From the NCBI GenBank assembly GCA_049724395.1, contig JAUGWO010000015.1, positions 1 to 64,000 of the forward strand: DNA of 64,000 bases. Reading direction: 5' to 3'. Positions 1 through 12,346 of this stretch are shown piece after piece. Position 1 is the first letter of the stretch. Every line of letters begins with the position of its first letter. Both the position numbers and the translations under genes were made by a program. The notes under the pieces were generated by a model. The model was not told the DNA's origin, did no database searches, and was given only the letters and a program-made list of their open reading frames with translations. Source of the DNA: Spongospora subterranea f. sp. subterranea. Its lineage: Eukaryota.

Positions 1-870
1 ATTTCCTTGTACAGCTGGTGGGATCGCTGCGCAGACGCAACGCGTAATTCAAACGTATTTTCCTTAGTTTTTGATTTGAACAGACGAGTATTCAGTGCAG
101 ATATGCCATTTGTATCTAGCACTTTCTGCACCGCCTCAACGTCGGATTTGGAGACATTGTCTGAGTAAAAGCCTATGACCAAGAGAGCACATAAAAATCA
201 CGCCATAGTTTGGGTAAAAAATAACAGAGCTTGTAAAAACACTTCAAGGGCAAACATACCGGAAACATGGTCATCAGGAGCAGGGAACCCAAGGTGGCAA
301 ACCGATTCTGGTTCTGACCTGTAAATGGTAAATTTCAATTTGTTGAAGAGCTGAACAGCAATCTCAGAGTTCGATGCTTTAACGATCTACGGGGGATTGT
401 CAGACGGTTAGGAATTGTAAACGCAATGATAATTGAATACCTTCTCAAAACTAGACTGAGGCAATCTAGGAATGAACTTCGTGTCTCCAAAACTTTTGAA
501 ATTCCCGATATTTGATAGTACTTGAACAGCGTATTCCAGAAAATGTGTAAATTCTGAGTCTTGTACTGCACTGGAGGATTTCAACTTGGTAAAATCACAT
601 AAATTTCCGTTGGGCAGTTTAAAAACAGATAGTAGCATCGAGTAAAGTATTGGGGAATCATGCGATAATTGTGCGGCAATAATTCTAACAGGGCTCTTAG
701 GCAGGGCGAAAGCTTGTGTCAACGACGTACCTTGTTCCATGCCACGAGGCACGACTCAAATGATGGGCATAGCGTCGTTCCTTATCCGTCAGCGCCTTGA
801 AGTGCTGTCCGACATCCAAAACCACGATCGGGAGCTGTGTGTCAGCAGCGAATTGAGTGATGCGCGACAT
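1..870 (-). CDS. DPP3: Dipeptidyl-peptidase III (M49), 5' part, multi-exon, runs off the window
   Basis: Manual translation from ATG 870: MSRITQFAADTQLPIVVLDVGQHFKALTDKERRYAHHLSRASWHG / RIIAAQLSHDSPILY / FLEYAVQVLSNIGNFKSFGDTKFIPRLP / FYSDNVSKSDVEAVQKVLDTNGISALNTRLFK...FELRVASA. These match DPP III N-terminal motifs (YAxHLSRAxW, NxGNYKSFGDTKFxP, NTRLFK). Confidence 0.93.
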
Positions 871-886
871 CGCTCGACGAAACCGT

Positions 887-966
887 TGTTGTGATCGAGA
901 AACGTCGATCGTACACTTTATTTACACTTGCACTTATTTATACAGTTATTTACAGTGAGTGTAACA
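887..966 (-). repeat. Short LTR-like unit (probable 3' LTR of the minus-strand copia remnant)
   Basis: On the minus strand it follows PPT-like TTGAGGGTC, begins TGTT, ends AACA, and contains TATAAATA (942-935) and AATAAA. No partner LTR found in the window. Confidence 0.55.
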
Positions 967-1179
967 GACCCTCAACGGCGAGAGTCATCGCCACCGTTCA
1001 CTTGAATGAACATTCGACTCGCAACGGGATCGAACTTAAATAACGAGTTTTCTTCGATTCGAAGGTTTTTCGACTCGCGAGGATAATGGGCTGATTTTAC
1101 TGGATGATTTCTCGCATCGAAGATCACGAGTTTTCTTCGATGTGAAGGTTTTATTTCATCTTTCAGCGACAATCCTGGT

Positions 1180-1490
1180 TGTTGGATGAGACTCCAATGT
1201 GAACCCTCGCCACAAAAGCCGTGTCCCGCAATCCGAATCAATCGATTTTTCTCTCTTTGTCTGTTATCACAGATTAACAGTCGAATGGAACAACGCACCA
1301 AAGACATTGAAGTGCAATTTCACTTCACTCGTGATGCAGTGGCATTTGGAATTATTCAGGTGATTTTCTGACTAAGCCCTGTGCCCGCTCGTCATTCAAG
1401 GCAAATCGTCAACGTCTTGAAATGACCAACTGAGGAGGTTCCATTGAGTGAAGGTGTGTTAGATGAGACTCCAATGTAAACCCTAGCACG
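1180..1490 (+). mobile_element. Second, internally deleted copia element nested in opposite orientation (LTR - RNase H end - PPT - partial LTR)
   Basis: Direct repeats TGTTGGATGAGACTCCAATGTGAACCCT (1180) and TGTTAGATGAGACTCCAATGTAAACCCT (1457). The first unit ends AACA at 1279. Between them are RTKDIEVQFHFTRD and LTKP..RSSFKANRQRL, then purine-rich GAGTGAAGG. Confidence 0.75.
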
Positions 1491-3503
1491 AAATCGCATA
1501 GCCTCAGCACTATCCGTTATTGATCGATTGAGTCGCTCGGGCAGACAATTCGATTCGGAATCATATGGCACAATCGTGCGATGGTGGGTACCTTTCCCAG
1601 CGAAATACGACTCCGACGTAGCAGAGATCATTTCACCTGCATTGCCCGTCTGTATCGATTCGATTCTTGATATTGCACTCATGTGATTCGTTGCCATCCA
1701 GCCCTCGTACATTTTTCATAGACGGTGAGCCATTCAGATTTTCTTTGGATCAAGTAAACTTTAGAAAACCTCGTGTGATGATCTATGAATGTTGCGAAAT
1801 ACTGGTAGCGATTTGGCAAGCCAGGACATGAAAAATGGGCCTTTAAGATCGCTGAATACCAATTCTCCTGGCCGGCTCGTGATTCAATTCGCGCTTAAGG
1901 GAAATGGTTCTCGCTTTATTTTCGCCAATATGAATGGTTCGCATTGCTCCTGCATTCTATAATTTGGCAGGCATCGGAGTCCTTTTGCCGATTTGTGAAT
2001 CAGGCGACGAACATCGGGTAGATTGAAATGACCAAGTCGTTCATGAACAATTGTCTCCGTAACAGTGCCGTTTTGCTTTACGAACGATGCGGGAGTTGTC
2101 TTGGGCCAGTGCTTCGCATGTGATGTCACCGATTCATGATGCTTCAATGGCGCGTCCGAGGCCGTTATTTCAGGAGAACCAGGTATCTTGGAGGGATCGG
2201 AAATGCTGCAATTCATACGATATATATTATCGTGATCTTTGGTCACTGTCGCAAGGATGTTCTCAATCGGCCGTTGGAAACCTGTAGCAACGTATATTAT
2301 CATCTCGTTTCCATCAAACAGATATTTAATGCCTATGGCAGTGGACTGGCCAACCGAGAACCGGTTCTTGCCTAGTCCCGGTACATGTAGGGCATTGGTG
2401 GTTTGAAACAGCTTGCCATTGATTGTGAACGTGCTTGTTCCTTCCCCAGTTGATGATATTAAATTATTATTTGCCATTTCGATCAGAGGACCAACTTGTT
2501 CGCTATACGAAACGAAGGAGCCCTTGTTGAAGAACATGTGGCGTCCCGCCCCAGCCGAAACGCTATCAAGACTGGATACCCTCTCATAAATGGAAGCCAT
2601 GTTGGCATTCTTGTATTCGATATAAAGCTCGGGTGCTTGGTAGGAAGCATTTTGCGTTCCCGCCAACATGTAAATGTCGTTTGCCCGGACCAGTTGTCAC
2701 CGCGGCACCGACCCCGAGACGACTTACGTCTTATTTCGTCAAGTTCAGCCCGAATAACCAGGATGATGGCAGCACTTCCATCAATAACAGGAATGCTTGA
2801 TACCATGCGGGGGTTTCGATCTCAATTGCCAAAGCCGTCATCTCATCTCTAGAAGGCGGGTCTTTAACTGATCGGGAAAGACATGCAGATATTGAAGATG
2901 AAATATGCTGATTGAGTCATTCAGAATGATGATTGTCAGAAGATGGTCTCCAACAGAGATAATGCTGGGTGGTGCTATTGCTCGCAGTGCGTCAACAGCT
3001 TGATTCACCCGAGAGACGTACTCGCCGACTGCCTCTACGTCCTCCTGACGAGCTTGGACCAGTTATCGATCATGCTTCGCTATCCTTCGCCTTCATTTGC
3101 TCGCCGGATGGATTTTCGTGCTTGTCGGCGGGCGAACCATCTTCGTGCGCACCCAATGCTTCGAAAAGTCCAGACGATTCAAAGTATAAGTGATCATAAT
3201 TACCCAAGCAAGGAAGTCAACCTTGAGTCCACTGAATTTGAATACTGTGATGCGATGTTTGCTGAGCATTGCCGGGACCGCTTCAGCTTACGTCAAGTTT
3301 TGCCCTGGGTTTACGATGCCCATTCTATGCCTCACGGCTTTCGTCTTCATGTTGATTTTAGCAGCTTCAGCTTGAAGCTGATCGAAAGACATGTTGGCTA
3401 CATCTGCCATTTACAGCTCCAAGCTGTGTCTCCTCTACACTGCCCATGTCGCAAGCGCCAAATTCGACTGATGACGAAAGTCGTGAGGCATAGAATGGGC
3501 ATA

Positions 3504-6089
3504 CAGTACCGGACATCTTAACTTGACACGCTTTTCAATTTGGAATTTGAAAACTGCGCGCACAATTTAAGAAACACCGTGCGGGTAAAATTAAATTGCG
3601 CAATTGCAACTGATAAACCAACAGTAATTATTCATGTGTATCAAATTTGGAGGTCTTCCAGCATCCTTTTTGGCAGGCTGCGATGGCGCTTGTATTTCTT
3701 AACAGCAAATTCTACCTGGCGTGGCGATAGTTTATTGCCGTCTTGACCGGTCACTCGATACGCATCGATATATCGATAACACTTTCTGGCGAATCTTCGG
3801 ATCTGTGTCAACGACACGCTTGAAAGAGCGATCGGCACGATCTTCACTAGATCCCGAAAAGAATATGTACAATTCTTCCTGATGAAACTTTTACACGCCG
3901 CCCAGAACATTTCTATAAAATTCATTTCGCAGTGAAACTTTGGATAATAGTCGATGATTCCACCACTTTGTTCCACGATTTCCGTTAACCACTCCCGCTG
4001 CTCTTGGAAATCGGGTTGTTCCTGCAGCAATGCCCGCGCACCAGCTAACGACATGGAATTATTCCACAGTCCACGTTCAGTCAGAATCGTTCGGAGTCCT
4101 TTCTGTACGCCTTGATCATCCTGCATGGGCTGAGTCACTTTTTGGCCTTCCTGGATGAACCATCCGTTCCGTTGAGACCTGATGTTCTTTCCGCCATCTT
4201 TTACTGTTAGGACCTTTGCGTTGAGTGCATCGGGTGGCAGGGCATGATGGTTCTGCGAGTTATCAAACAGGACCAAAGCTTGACAATTCGGATGGAGAAT
4301 CCTGAAAATTGGCAAAACTTTATCGCCCAGCTGCTTTGCTAGATCAGCATTCGTCCAGTATCCATCCGAGTTTTTACCGGGCTTTATGATTACCACTGAT
4401 TCAATAGGAACGCCAGGGTTCTGAGCTTGCTGTTCGTCATCGAGTTTTAGGGGCCCATGACACTCGCACAAAAATTCTGACACCATTACACTCCTCCCTT
4501 CTCCCTTGGGCCGTAATGGCATATGGTTATCATCAATCCATATAGTTTTTTTCCCGTCGTAAGAGCTGAAGCATGATTCATCATGTGTTAATAAAATTAA
4601 TTTTTTCTCCCCGGGTGCAAGCGTTGGCTCCACAATATTCATCAGCTCGTCTCCTTCAAATTTTGCCATCCTTCGATCGTAGACGTCCATTCGAGATAAA
4701 AACGACTCTCTATATATGACGACATCTTCCCTTTCATGGCCGTCATTATACAGACCTTTCTTATATCCTCCAAAACGCAAACCCAGCGTGTTCAACCACC
4801 GTGTTACCGTTCTTTCTGAGATCGTGACAGGATTACCCATTTTCAAACGGACGTGTAATTCAGCTTTCACCCATTGCGAGAATGATAATCCAGATACAGC
4901 GTCGTTCCGCTGCGATCGTAGCCATATCATGCATTCCTTGGCGACATCTTCTTTGTCATTCACAAGTGATTTGACCTTGATAAAACAACCTTGGCGGTGA
5001 CATGGTAGCTTTTGGTGACGAAGGAAAAAACTCGCCCATCGCCTGATCTTTCGCGAATATGATTCAGCATTGTTGTTTGGAAAAAACTGAGATGCAACTT
5101 GTTTCGAAGCTTGCATCATCGTAATAGAGTTCTGACGCAAAGTAAAATATTGCTTAATTGCATGATATCGAAGATAATCATATTTGGAAATGTCCTTCAA
5201 GCTTTTTTCGATGGTTTGGGAGCAGTTGAAGGCTGTAAGATCTTCAAGAAGTTTTAGGGCACTGTGGCCGGAGATATCTTTCCCATTTTCTGACTCAGAA
5301 TCGGACGATAATCCATCGCAAACCGACTGCCCATTAGTGGTTTGTCGAACGCATGAACTAAAATACTCCCGAATCTTGTGATTGTTTGATGACGAGTCGA
5401 TTTTCGCTTGGTTGGCTTTTTTTCTTCTCCACAACGTAGTCGTGCTATTCTTAGAGTAACTGTTACGAAGATGTGATCCAGCTCCAGGGATCCATTTCAA
5501 AAACGAGGTCGTTGATGAATCAATTTCTTTGTCAGTCAAGACCTCATCATTCGAAAAGTAAAAATCATCACCTTGACTGTCGCTATGATCAGCATCAGGT
5601 TCAGGTTCGGCCAACGACTTCAATTTTTTGCATTCTCTCGCGTGGTGTAATTGCATTGAGCGTTTAGTTTTACGAGCCATTGAAATTGAGGACTGAGATT
5701 GAATTGGTTTCGATACGTTAGCAGGGTCGTCGTGAAAATCACAGGATTTCGAGGGGGTGACCTGGGTCTAGTTTTGTATACGCACTAACAAAACTGCGGG
5801 CGCAGTAACAATGTGCGCGCGCAAAAAAACCTAATATGCGTACGCAAAAATTGAGGTGTTTCGTTTTCGCCCATACAAAATTCAATTTCCTTGCCCACCA
5901 TACAAACGGGAAATTCTATTTCACAGTCAATATTTGACTTTGAAAAAATCTAACTCTGTCACAATGTTGATCTCGCCGAGATCTAACCAATAACAGCGAG
6001 TGTTGAAACAAAAACCACATAATCGTTCCTCTGAAACAAATTCCCGTGGGTCCCATACAAAGTGTGTCAGGTTAAGCTGTCCGGTACTG
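3504..6089 (-). mobile_element. Full-length IS630/Tc1/mariner-superfamily DNA transposon
   Basis: TIRs CAGTACCGGACATCTTAACTTGACAC (3504-3529) and GTGTCAGGTTAAGCTGTCCGGTACTG (6064-6089), 24/26 match. TA at 3502-3503 and 6090-6091. One intact ORF inside. Confidence 0.95.
3641..5680 (-). CDS. DDE transposase, 679 aa, intronless, DD116E spacing
   Basis: HTH-like ISERTVTRWLNTLG; YNDGHEREDVV; catalytic HDES, FDNS and PKFHCEMNFIEMFW motifs. 116 residues counted between the second D and the E. Confidence 0.93.
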   Translation of the reverse strand: MARKTKRSMQLHHARECKKLKSLAEPEPDADHSDSQGDDFYFSNDEVLTDKEIDSSTTSFLKWIPGAGSHLRNSYSKNSTTTLWRRKKANQAKIDSSSNNHKIREYFSSCVRQTTNGQSVCDGLSSDSESENGKDISGHSALKLLEDLTAFNCSQTIEKSLKDISKYDYLRYHAIKQYFTLRQNSITMMQASKQVASQFFPNNNAESYSRKIRRWASFFLRHQKLPCHRQGCFIKVKSLVNDKEDVAKECMIWLRSQRNDAVSGLSFSQWVKAELHVRLKMGNPVTISERTVTRWLNTLGLRFGGYKKGLYNDGHEREDVVIYRESFLSRMDVYDRRMAKFEGDELMNIVEPTLAPGEKKLILLTHDESCFSSYDGKKTIWIDDNHMPLRPKGEGRSVMVSEFLCECHGPLKLDDEQQAQNPGVPIESVVIIKPGKNSDGYWTNADLAKQLGDKVLPIFRILHPNCQALVLFDNSQNHHALPPDALNAKVLTVKDGGKNIRSQRNGWFIQEGQKVTQPMQDDQGVQKGLRTILTERGLWNNSMSLAGARALLQEQPDFQEQREWLTEIVEQSGGIIDYYPKFHCEMNFIEMFWAACKSFIRKNCTYSFRDLVKIVPIALSSVSLTQIRRFARKCYRYIDAYRVTGQDGNKLSPRQVEFAVKKYKRHRSLPKRMLEDLQI

Positions 6090-8000
6090 TAGTAAACCCA
6101 GGGGAAATTTTGACGCAAGTTGAAGCGGTCCCAGCAATGCTCAACAAATATCGCATCATAGCCCAAATTCAGTGGACTCAAGGTTGACTTCCTTGCTTGG
6201 GTAAATATGATCATTTTATACTGTAAATCGTCTGGCAATTCGGTTCGTGTCCCTCCTTGGACGCCATCTGTGATAACCGACAAGAAAGAAGAAAAAGATT
6301 TATTCGGATTGCGTCATTGCCGGGACAAGGCATTTGGGACTAGGGTTTGCGTTACTGGATGGATAAAAGAAACTTCAGAGCACAAAAACACTTTGAGCCG
6401 TTTGACTTATCGCAATATCCAGACTGGGTTTCAACATCGAATGGTGCAACATCGGCACCGATACACGACGAAACCAAAACCGAACGTGCGATTGGAACAG
6501 CGCTAGATAGTATCCAGTTACGACGCCAGTTAAGAAGCAATGGCGCAGTCATGTATTGTTAAAATGTTATTGTCCTAGCTCACGTTAGTCTTCATCTGAA
6601 AAATCACGACACTGTGATGCAGGGTCTAGAAAATAAAAAAGTTAGGGCAAACGTGTAGTCAATACTTGTAAATTTACCTTGTTCAGATATAGAGCCTAAA
6701 TCTGGTTCAAACTCTATTGAAGAACGGCGTAGCGCTATTACGTCGGCCATATTGTTGCCAGGCATATGGTCTTGCACCGAATTGCGAATTTCGTTCGGGG
6801 ATAGCGGTGAATGTGCCCGCCCTGTCAATGACCAGCGCCGACCAGAAGCCGATATTGCTGCTCAGCAACATATAAATAAATCTGAATTCCACATGGGCTC
6901 CATTTACTACCTTCTGCTCGATGAACCAAATACTGCTGGTACTTCCTAACAGCAAATTCGCGTGTAAACAGATAAAGTAGCTTTCTGAAACCAGTATTAC
7001 CTTGCAAAATCTTTGCACGCCATCATTCTTAGATCGTCTAGGCTCGGTCCACGCTGCAACGAAGCCAGATTGATCATTTCGTCAAAGAATGGAAATGGGT
7101 TCTCGGGGGTTCCTTCGGCCATGGAACATCGCCGATTTAGTGACGACCTTCTCGACATAATCAGGCGATGGGGATGGGACGTGGCGTCCTATGACCGGAT
7201 CGTCTAGAGTAGTTTCTGACAGCAGGCGATGCCAACCAGGTATTGGACTATGGACAACTGCCTGTTACCCAGTTGGGCACTTCGACTTGGCTGATCCCAT
7301 CACAAAACTATTTACAGTCTATTTACGTTAAGCATTCACCTTTTTTCTCGCTTGTTCCGTATACATTACAGTGTACACACACGCTTCCTCCGATTGATTA
7401 GGGGCGATCGCATACTATCATCCGGGCCAAATAATCGCGCCTGAAAATATTCGTTGAGGTTTCGGGCTTCGTCAAAGGGTGTTCGGGTGAAATGCATGTT
7501 TTTCTCTGCTGCTATGGAATCCGTGCTCGGCGGGGATCTTTGATCCGCTTCAATTTACAGCTGTTAGATACTTATGCTTTGAACGTTTTGTTTTCATGCT
7601 GGTTTAGAATCTGTATTAGGGTAAGTGAAGGTCTTAAATGGCAGTTCGGGCTGTACTGACGTTTGATGGCCACGATGCCGATTTAGCTGTACTCGCCAGA
7701 AGTTATTTACGTTGAAATCGCTTTGTGGATTTGAACAGTGGTCGACGCCAAGGTTTGAAGACTGTGTCGACATTTATACTGCCCCAGATGCTCAGCGTCG
7801 TATGACATGGATTCGAAATCAGTTGGTCGTGTATTGGAAACAAAGATATATTCAGCAGACCGAACGACGCGACTTTTTTGTTGTCCTCGGCATGTTTGTT
7901 TGACAAAAAGCCAGCAAAGCAGGAAGACGCCGGAACTGTGAAAACCTTCCATCGTTGCACCGGCCGTGAACAGATCATTTTCTTATGCTTTATTATGTTG

Positions 8001-10764
8001 TTAAATCATTTCCACTTTATCCCTTTCTGCATTTATCTGGTCAATTCTTTGTAGAGAAGAGTCGTCAACACCTGGATTGATAACCGCCATCGTAACACCA
8101 TCAGAAGTGTGGTGGAAGTTAATTTCGCCCTCAACATGTTTTTGGTCACTCTCTTGAGATGCAACACCAGATTGGCTCTCGTGTGCCTGCAGAAGAGAGG
8201 CTGCTGCAGCAGCCTTTGCAGCACGAACTACTGCCATATGGTATGGAGCTGCAAGGTTCTTCGCATTTTGTGCATTTTCGTAACTCAATTTTTCAAATTC
8301 CATTGTCCAGCGAAGTTTTTTAGCAGTTAAAAGATCCTGTCGTCCTCGGTCGATTTCCTTGAGCTTCAGATAACAAGCCGCTGCCACGTAGTAATGAATG
8401 ACCCAATCAAGTCCCAATTGCATTGAATTACCTCGTCTCTCGTATCCTTGAGGGTCAGCCGGATTCAACTGAATTGCATCAGAATAATCGCCAAGAGTCG
8501 CATCTACATCACCCAGCTGCAAATGGATTTGCGCGCGCCCGACAAACAATTCGGGATTCTGCCTGTCATATTGAAGCGCCTGGGTCCAGCATTGAAGTGA
8601 TTCCGTCCATTGTTGAAGCTCGGCAAGAGTTCGCGCTCTCTCGCAATACCTAAACCATGAATAAAAAGGACGTACAACAACGTACATTAGTAGACAAATA
8701 CTACCCGGCTGGATTTTCTGGAGCTAGGCGAATTACCTCCAGAAAATTTTTGCCAGCTTCTTCGAACTGCTGGTTGTTGAAGTATTGCTTGCCAAGGTTA
8801 TAATAAGCCTTAACCATGTCAGGATTCAGCTCCGCCACCTAATTCAGATTAATTCAAATAGAAGGAATCAAATCAGCTGATAGTACAGACTTTTAGCCAG
8901 TCTTCGATACTTTTATCAAATCGTTTTAGTTGGGAATATGCAGTCCCTCTTGACATGTATGCAAAGGAATTACCAGGCTGTAAATTGAAAAACAAATCAG
9001 CAACTGACCATCTGCCAACAAGACATCTGGGCAGGTACCTGCTGTTCTAAAACATAGGTAAAATCGTCAATTGCCTTTTCAAATTCACCTAATTGCGCCC
9101 ACCACACGCCACCTTAAACGAGATCAACGGCCGGCTGGAAAAAAAAACTGAAATATTTACGATTTTGATACGCTGATATGCACTGTTCTCCGGATGACAT
9201 TCGAATGAACGTCGATGCATCATTGACAGCCAAATCTAACCGCTTCAAGTGTGCATATAGCACAGATCGGTGGCCATACGCCAGAGGTATATCCTGACCT
9301 CGGGCATGTCAATGATCTGATATAATTACAGCATAGATGGTGCGAATGTTTGACAGGCATACCGGAGAGATTGTGACGGCCATGCTGTAATCTGATAACG
9401 CCGAATCGAATTCCCCCATTTGTACGTACGATCTGCCACGAAGAGTCAAACATTCATAATCTGCTCGCACGGCCAAAGCTCGGTTGAAAGCGCGAATTGC
9501 CTGAATGAGAATTTTGTAAGACAATGCGAAGTACGAAATGGAGAACTGTTACCTGAGGGATTCTTTGAGTGTCAGCAAAAATCAAGCCAGCTCGTCTATT
9601 GGCGACTACGTGCTTACTGTCAATTTCGAGTGCCTTCTGACAATCTGCTAACGCCATATCGTATCGTCGTTGGTCCACGAACATGGCGGATCTTCCAATG
9701 TAGATAGAAAGTTCCTACAAATTTCCTGTCAGCTGCAACCGCCGCCAAATGACTATGAAAAACAACCGAGGGATCAAGAGTCTGGGCTGTTTGATAATCG
9801 CGGACAGCAAGGTCGCAGCGATCGATGGCAGAAAAGGATTTGGCTCGGAGAACGAGAGCACCCACTTGAAGTTTGTCAACTGGAGTCACGCGCATCGATG
9901 AAGAGAAATCGCTGCGATGGAAACTGTTAGATATTGAACACAAACATAAGCCGAAAGCGCGGCTTACTTGATTGCTAATAAGTGCTGCCCAGACAGCTGA
10001 TATGCGCGCGCTCGGAAAACAAGCATTTTTGCGACCTCCGCATCTGGTTCAAGTTGTTCCAATTCTTCAGTTTCGACTTCCATGATATCACCGTTGTCCT
10101 CGCCTGTTGTCTCCATGGGTGCCAAAACATCATTTGAGACATCAGGTTCTGATTTGGGATTAACTTTGGGAGAGGCCATTCCGAGTTCATCGGCACTATG
10201 TCTTTCGTCTGGAGCGGATTTAGGGGATAATCTTGGCGAGCGCCTTTCGGGGGGCGTGGAAGCGTGGTTAGGAGACATTGACCTGGACCTTTTGGCGGGA
10301 GGTGATGAGGGTGTGGCTTCATGAATTGGAGAACGTGATGTTGATCTAGATGGCGAAACCCTTGCTTGTGGACTCCGCACCGTCTCCGTTACCCCATTCG
10401 GCACTTGATCTGCACTCTCAGCGGCATTGGGAGTTTTCGCAACGTCCACTGGCTCCGACGATACCGTCTTGACGGGCAAATCCGGCACTTTGGCCGGTGT
10501 CGGAATGTCAACGCTCTCAAGAGCCTGACTGATCCAGTAAATGGCCGCCTCCAAGGCCTGGGTCTTCAGGCAGAACGCTCCCCGTCTGAACGCATCCTTG
10601 GAGTCATGGGCCCGGCCATGGGCCTGCAGCCACTCGGCCTTCTGATCCTCGGTGACATCTTCCAGGTCGGGTTGTTCGACCTCTGCGCCGTGTTCATCCT
10701 GGTGTGTGTCAACGGCAGGTGATTTGGGTGTATCCTGATCTGCATCAGTTGACCCAATCATCAT
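8001..10764 (-). CDS. Multi-exon tetratricopeptide-repeat protein with acidic and Ser/Pro-rich N-terminal region
   Basis: Repeated TPR-like helix pairs (RAQIHLQLGDVDATLGDYSDAIQLNP, RGRSYVQMGEFDSALSDYSMAV, ALADCQKALEIDS) across exons split by short GT-AG introns. Confidence 0.85.
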
Positions 10765-11111
10765 GGTGGTGATGACTGCTGTTTGCCTGCCCAGGCCGGA
10801 TACTGACCGATACCCACACCGATGTGTACACCGCCACGGACACCTGCAACTACCAACTGCACAGGGGACGCTCGACAACCCAATCCACCAAAGACGTGGC
10901 CGCTTATCTTGAAGCTAATATAGGACAACGATCGGCGCCCATGTACCAGGTAATCAATTTCTATATGTACTGTAACTACACATACCGGGCGATAAAAACA
11001 ATGGCGGATTCGCAAGTGAAATTTTTGGCTTTTGAACTGTGGGTTAAAATAAAGGCTGTGCTTGTATTTATACAAGTTGGGCGTGGAATTAAGATATACG
11101 AGATGTTTTGA

Positions 11112-11570
11112 TTAGTTGCCTCCAATCTGCGCTACCATGGCGTCGATTTCATCTTCATCAACCATATCCAACTGTTGAAACCATAGATATATCGAAAGCA
11201 AGTTACATTATCAGAAGTAGTTTACCTCAGCTGGTGTTTGGTCTTCCCTAATGCGCTGTCCATCGAACAAGAACTTGACGCTGAATGAAACCATAATTAC
11301 TGAAAATGCTGCCGAAAACCCACAAATAAACGTACTTTGCCATGTCTTTACCGGATCGTTTACAGAACGCTTCCATCAATTTCTTGAAAGGTGTGTGTTT
11401 TTTTACTTTGAAAAACACGGCAGTACCGTCCTGAGACTTCACCTAAAGGAAAGACGAGTGAGAATCGGTCACGCCAAGAATCAACCTCTCACTTTCAAGT
11501 TCAAATGCTCGGTCTCGCCGCCATTATCTTCTTTGACGCGATCCGGTTTCTGGTCCTCGTTATCTCCCAT
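11112..11570 (-). CDS. SUMO: Small ubiquitin-like modifier, 4 exons
   Basis: Spliced translation MGDNEDQKP...EHLNLKV/KSQDGTAVFFKVKKHTPFKKLMEAFCKRSG.../VKFLFDGQRIREDQTPAE/LDMVDEDEIDAMVAQIGGN*, with the di-glycine motif. Confidence 0.97.
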
Positions 11571-12346
11571 TTCTCCTCAACGCCGATTCCACGCCAACGG
11601 TCTATCCACTCGTTGTTGCAAATGGTATTTCGCAGTCACTGTATACCGTCGCGCGCACAAAAGACAGACGAATCGTCCGCGATGGAAATCCGCTTTTACA
11701 GACCGACTGTACAACTTATATACAGTATGTGGATTCATCCGCAGTCACAATACCACACGATTATTCTCAATCTCTCTGACATGGGTGAATGGACTGTGAG
11801 TGGTGTTTGTTCGGCGACATCGCCAGGCGATTGGCTTTGTAGAGATCGTAGCACCGGACATCGTGGCAACATTTTATCGGATAAATGGTGATTGGCTAAT
11901 ATACTCTGCCGCCTTCTGTTTTCGGGAGAAGTTTATCGAAATGCCATTAGTGATGCTGTTTCGGCGGAAATCCAAATTCGAAAGGGGAAAGTAAATCGAG
12001 AGTCACTGAGTTGTTTGAATCGATGAGCTGGTGACGCACGGATAAATCCCCTTGATCGCATTGCAAGACGGGTTTATCTCTGCAGCACGAAAATTCAGCA
12101 AAACCCCGAAGTCGTCATCTTTTCTGAAAAGGTACTTTGTCCGGATAGGTATTCTACTTCTTTTTTTTTTGTGTTTTTCATTCTTTGAAAACTTTCATGT
12201 ACATACTTGCAAACCCATGTAATCATGCAAACGTGGCACAGAGTCGTTCCTTGTCTACAATGCATGTAGGTGCCAACTATACAATTCATAAACTGCAGTG
12301 TCATGAATTGCCACGATTTCCCACGTAGTCTATAACTACACAAAAA

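Larger units (their letters stand above)
887..3470 (-). mobile_element. Degenerate Ty1/copia LTR retrotransposon (gag, protease, GAG-pre-integrase and integrase fragments)
   Basis: gag-like VGEYVSRVNQAVDALRA; protease region GAGRHM...NALHVPGLGKNRFSV; pre-integrase HERLGH...CEPF...K..REPFP; integrase-like TIVPYDSESNCLPERLNRSI. Many stops and frameshifts; no RT seen. Confidence 0.85.
3170..6235. repeat. Inverted duplication of copia gag DNA; arms 3170-3345 and 3473-3503 + 6092-6235, second arm split by a transposon
   Basis: The reverse complement of 3170-3345 aligns by eye with the joined flanks of the Tc1-like element, including the identical block CAAATTCAGTGGACTCAAGGTTGACTTCCTTGCTTGGGTAA. 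Confidence 0.92.

Noticed and set aside
1270..1430. RNase H fragment as an internal inversion of the host copia
   Set aside because: It is flanked by its own direct LTR-like repeats, so a nested second element explains it better.
3170..6235. Long inverted flanks as the transposon's own TIRs
   Set aside because: The true TIRs are 26 bp bounded by TA; the longer match is interrupted copia DNA.
7260..7400. 5' LTR partner of the 887-966 unit
   Set aside because: Only a short AT-rich similarity (TATTTACAGT); no alignable ends or PBS.
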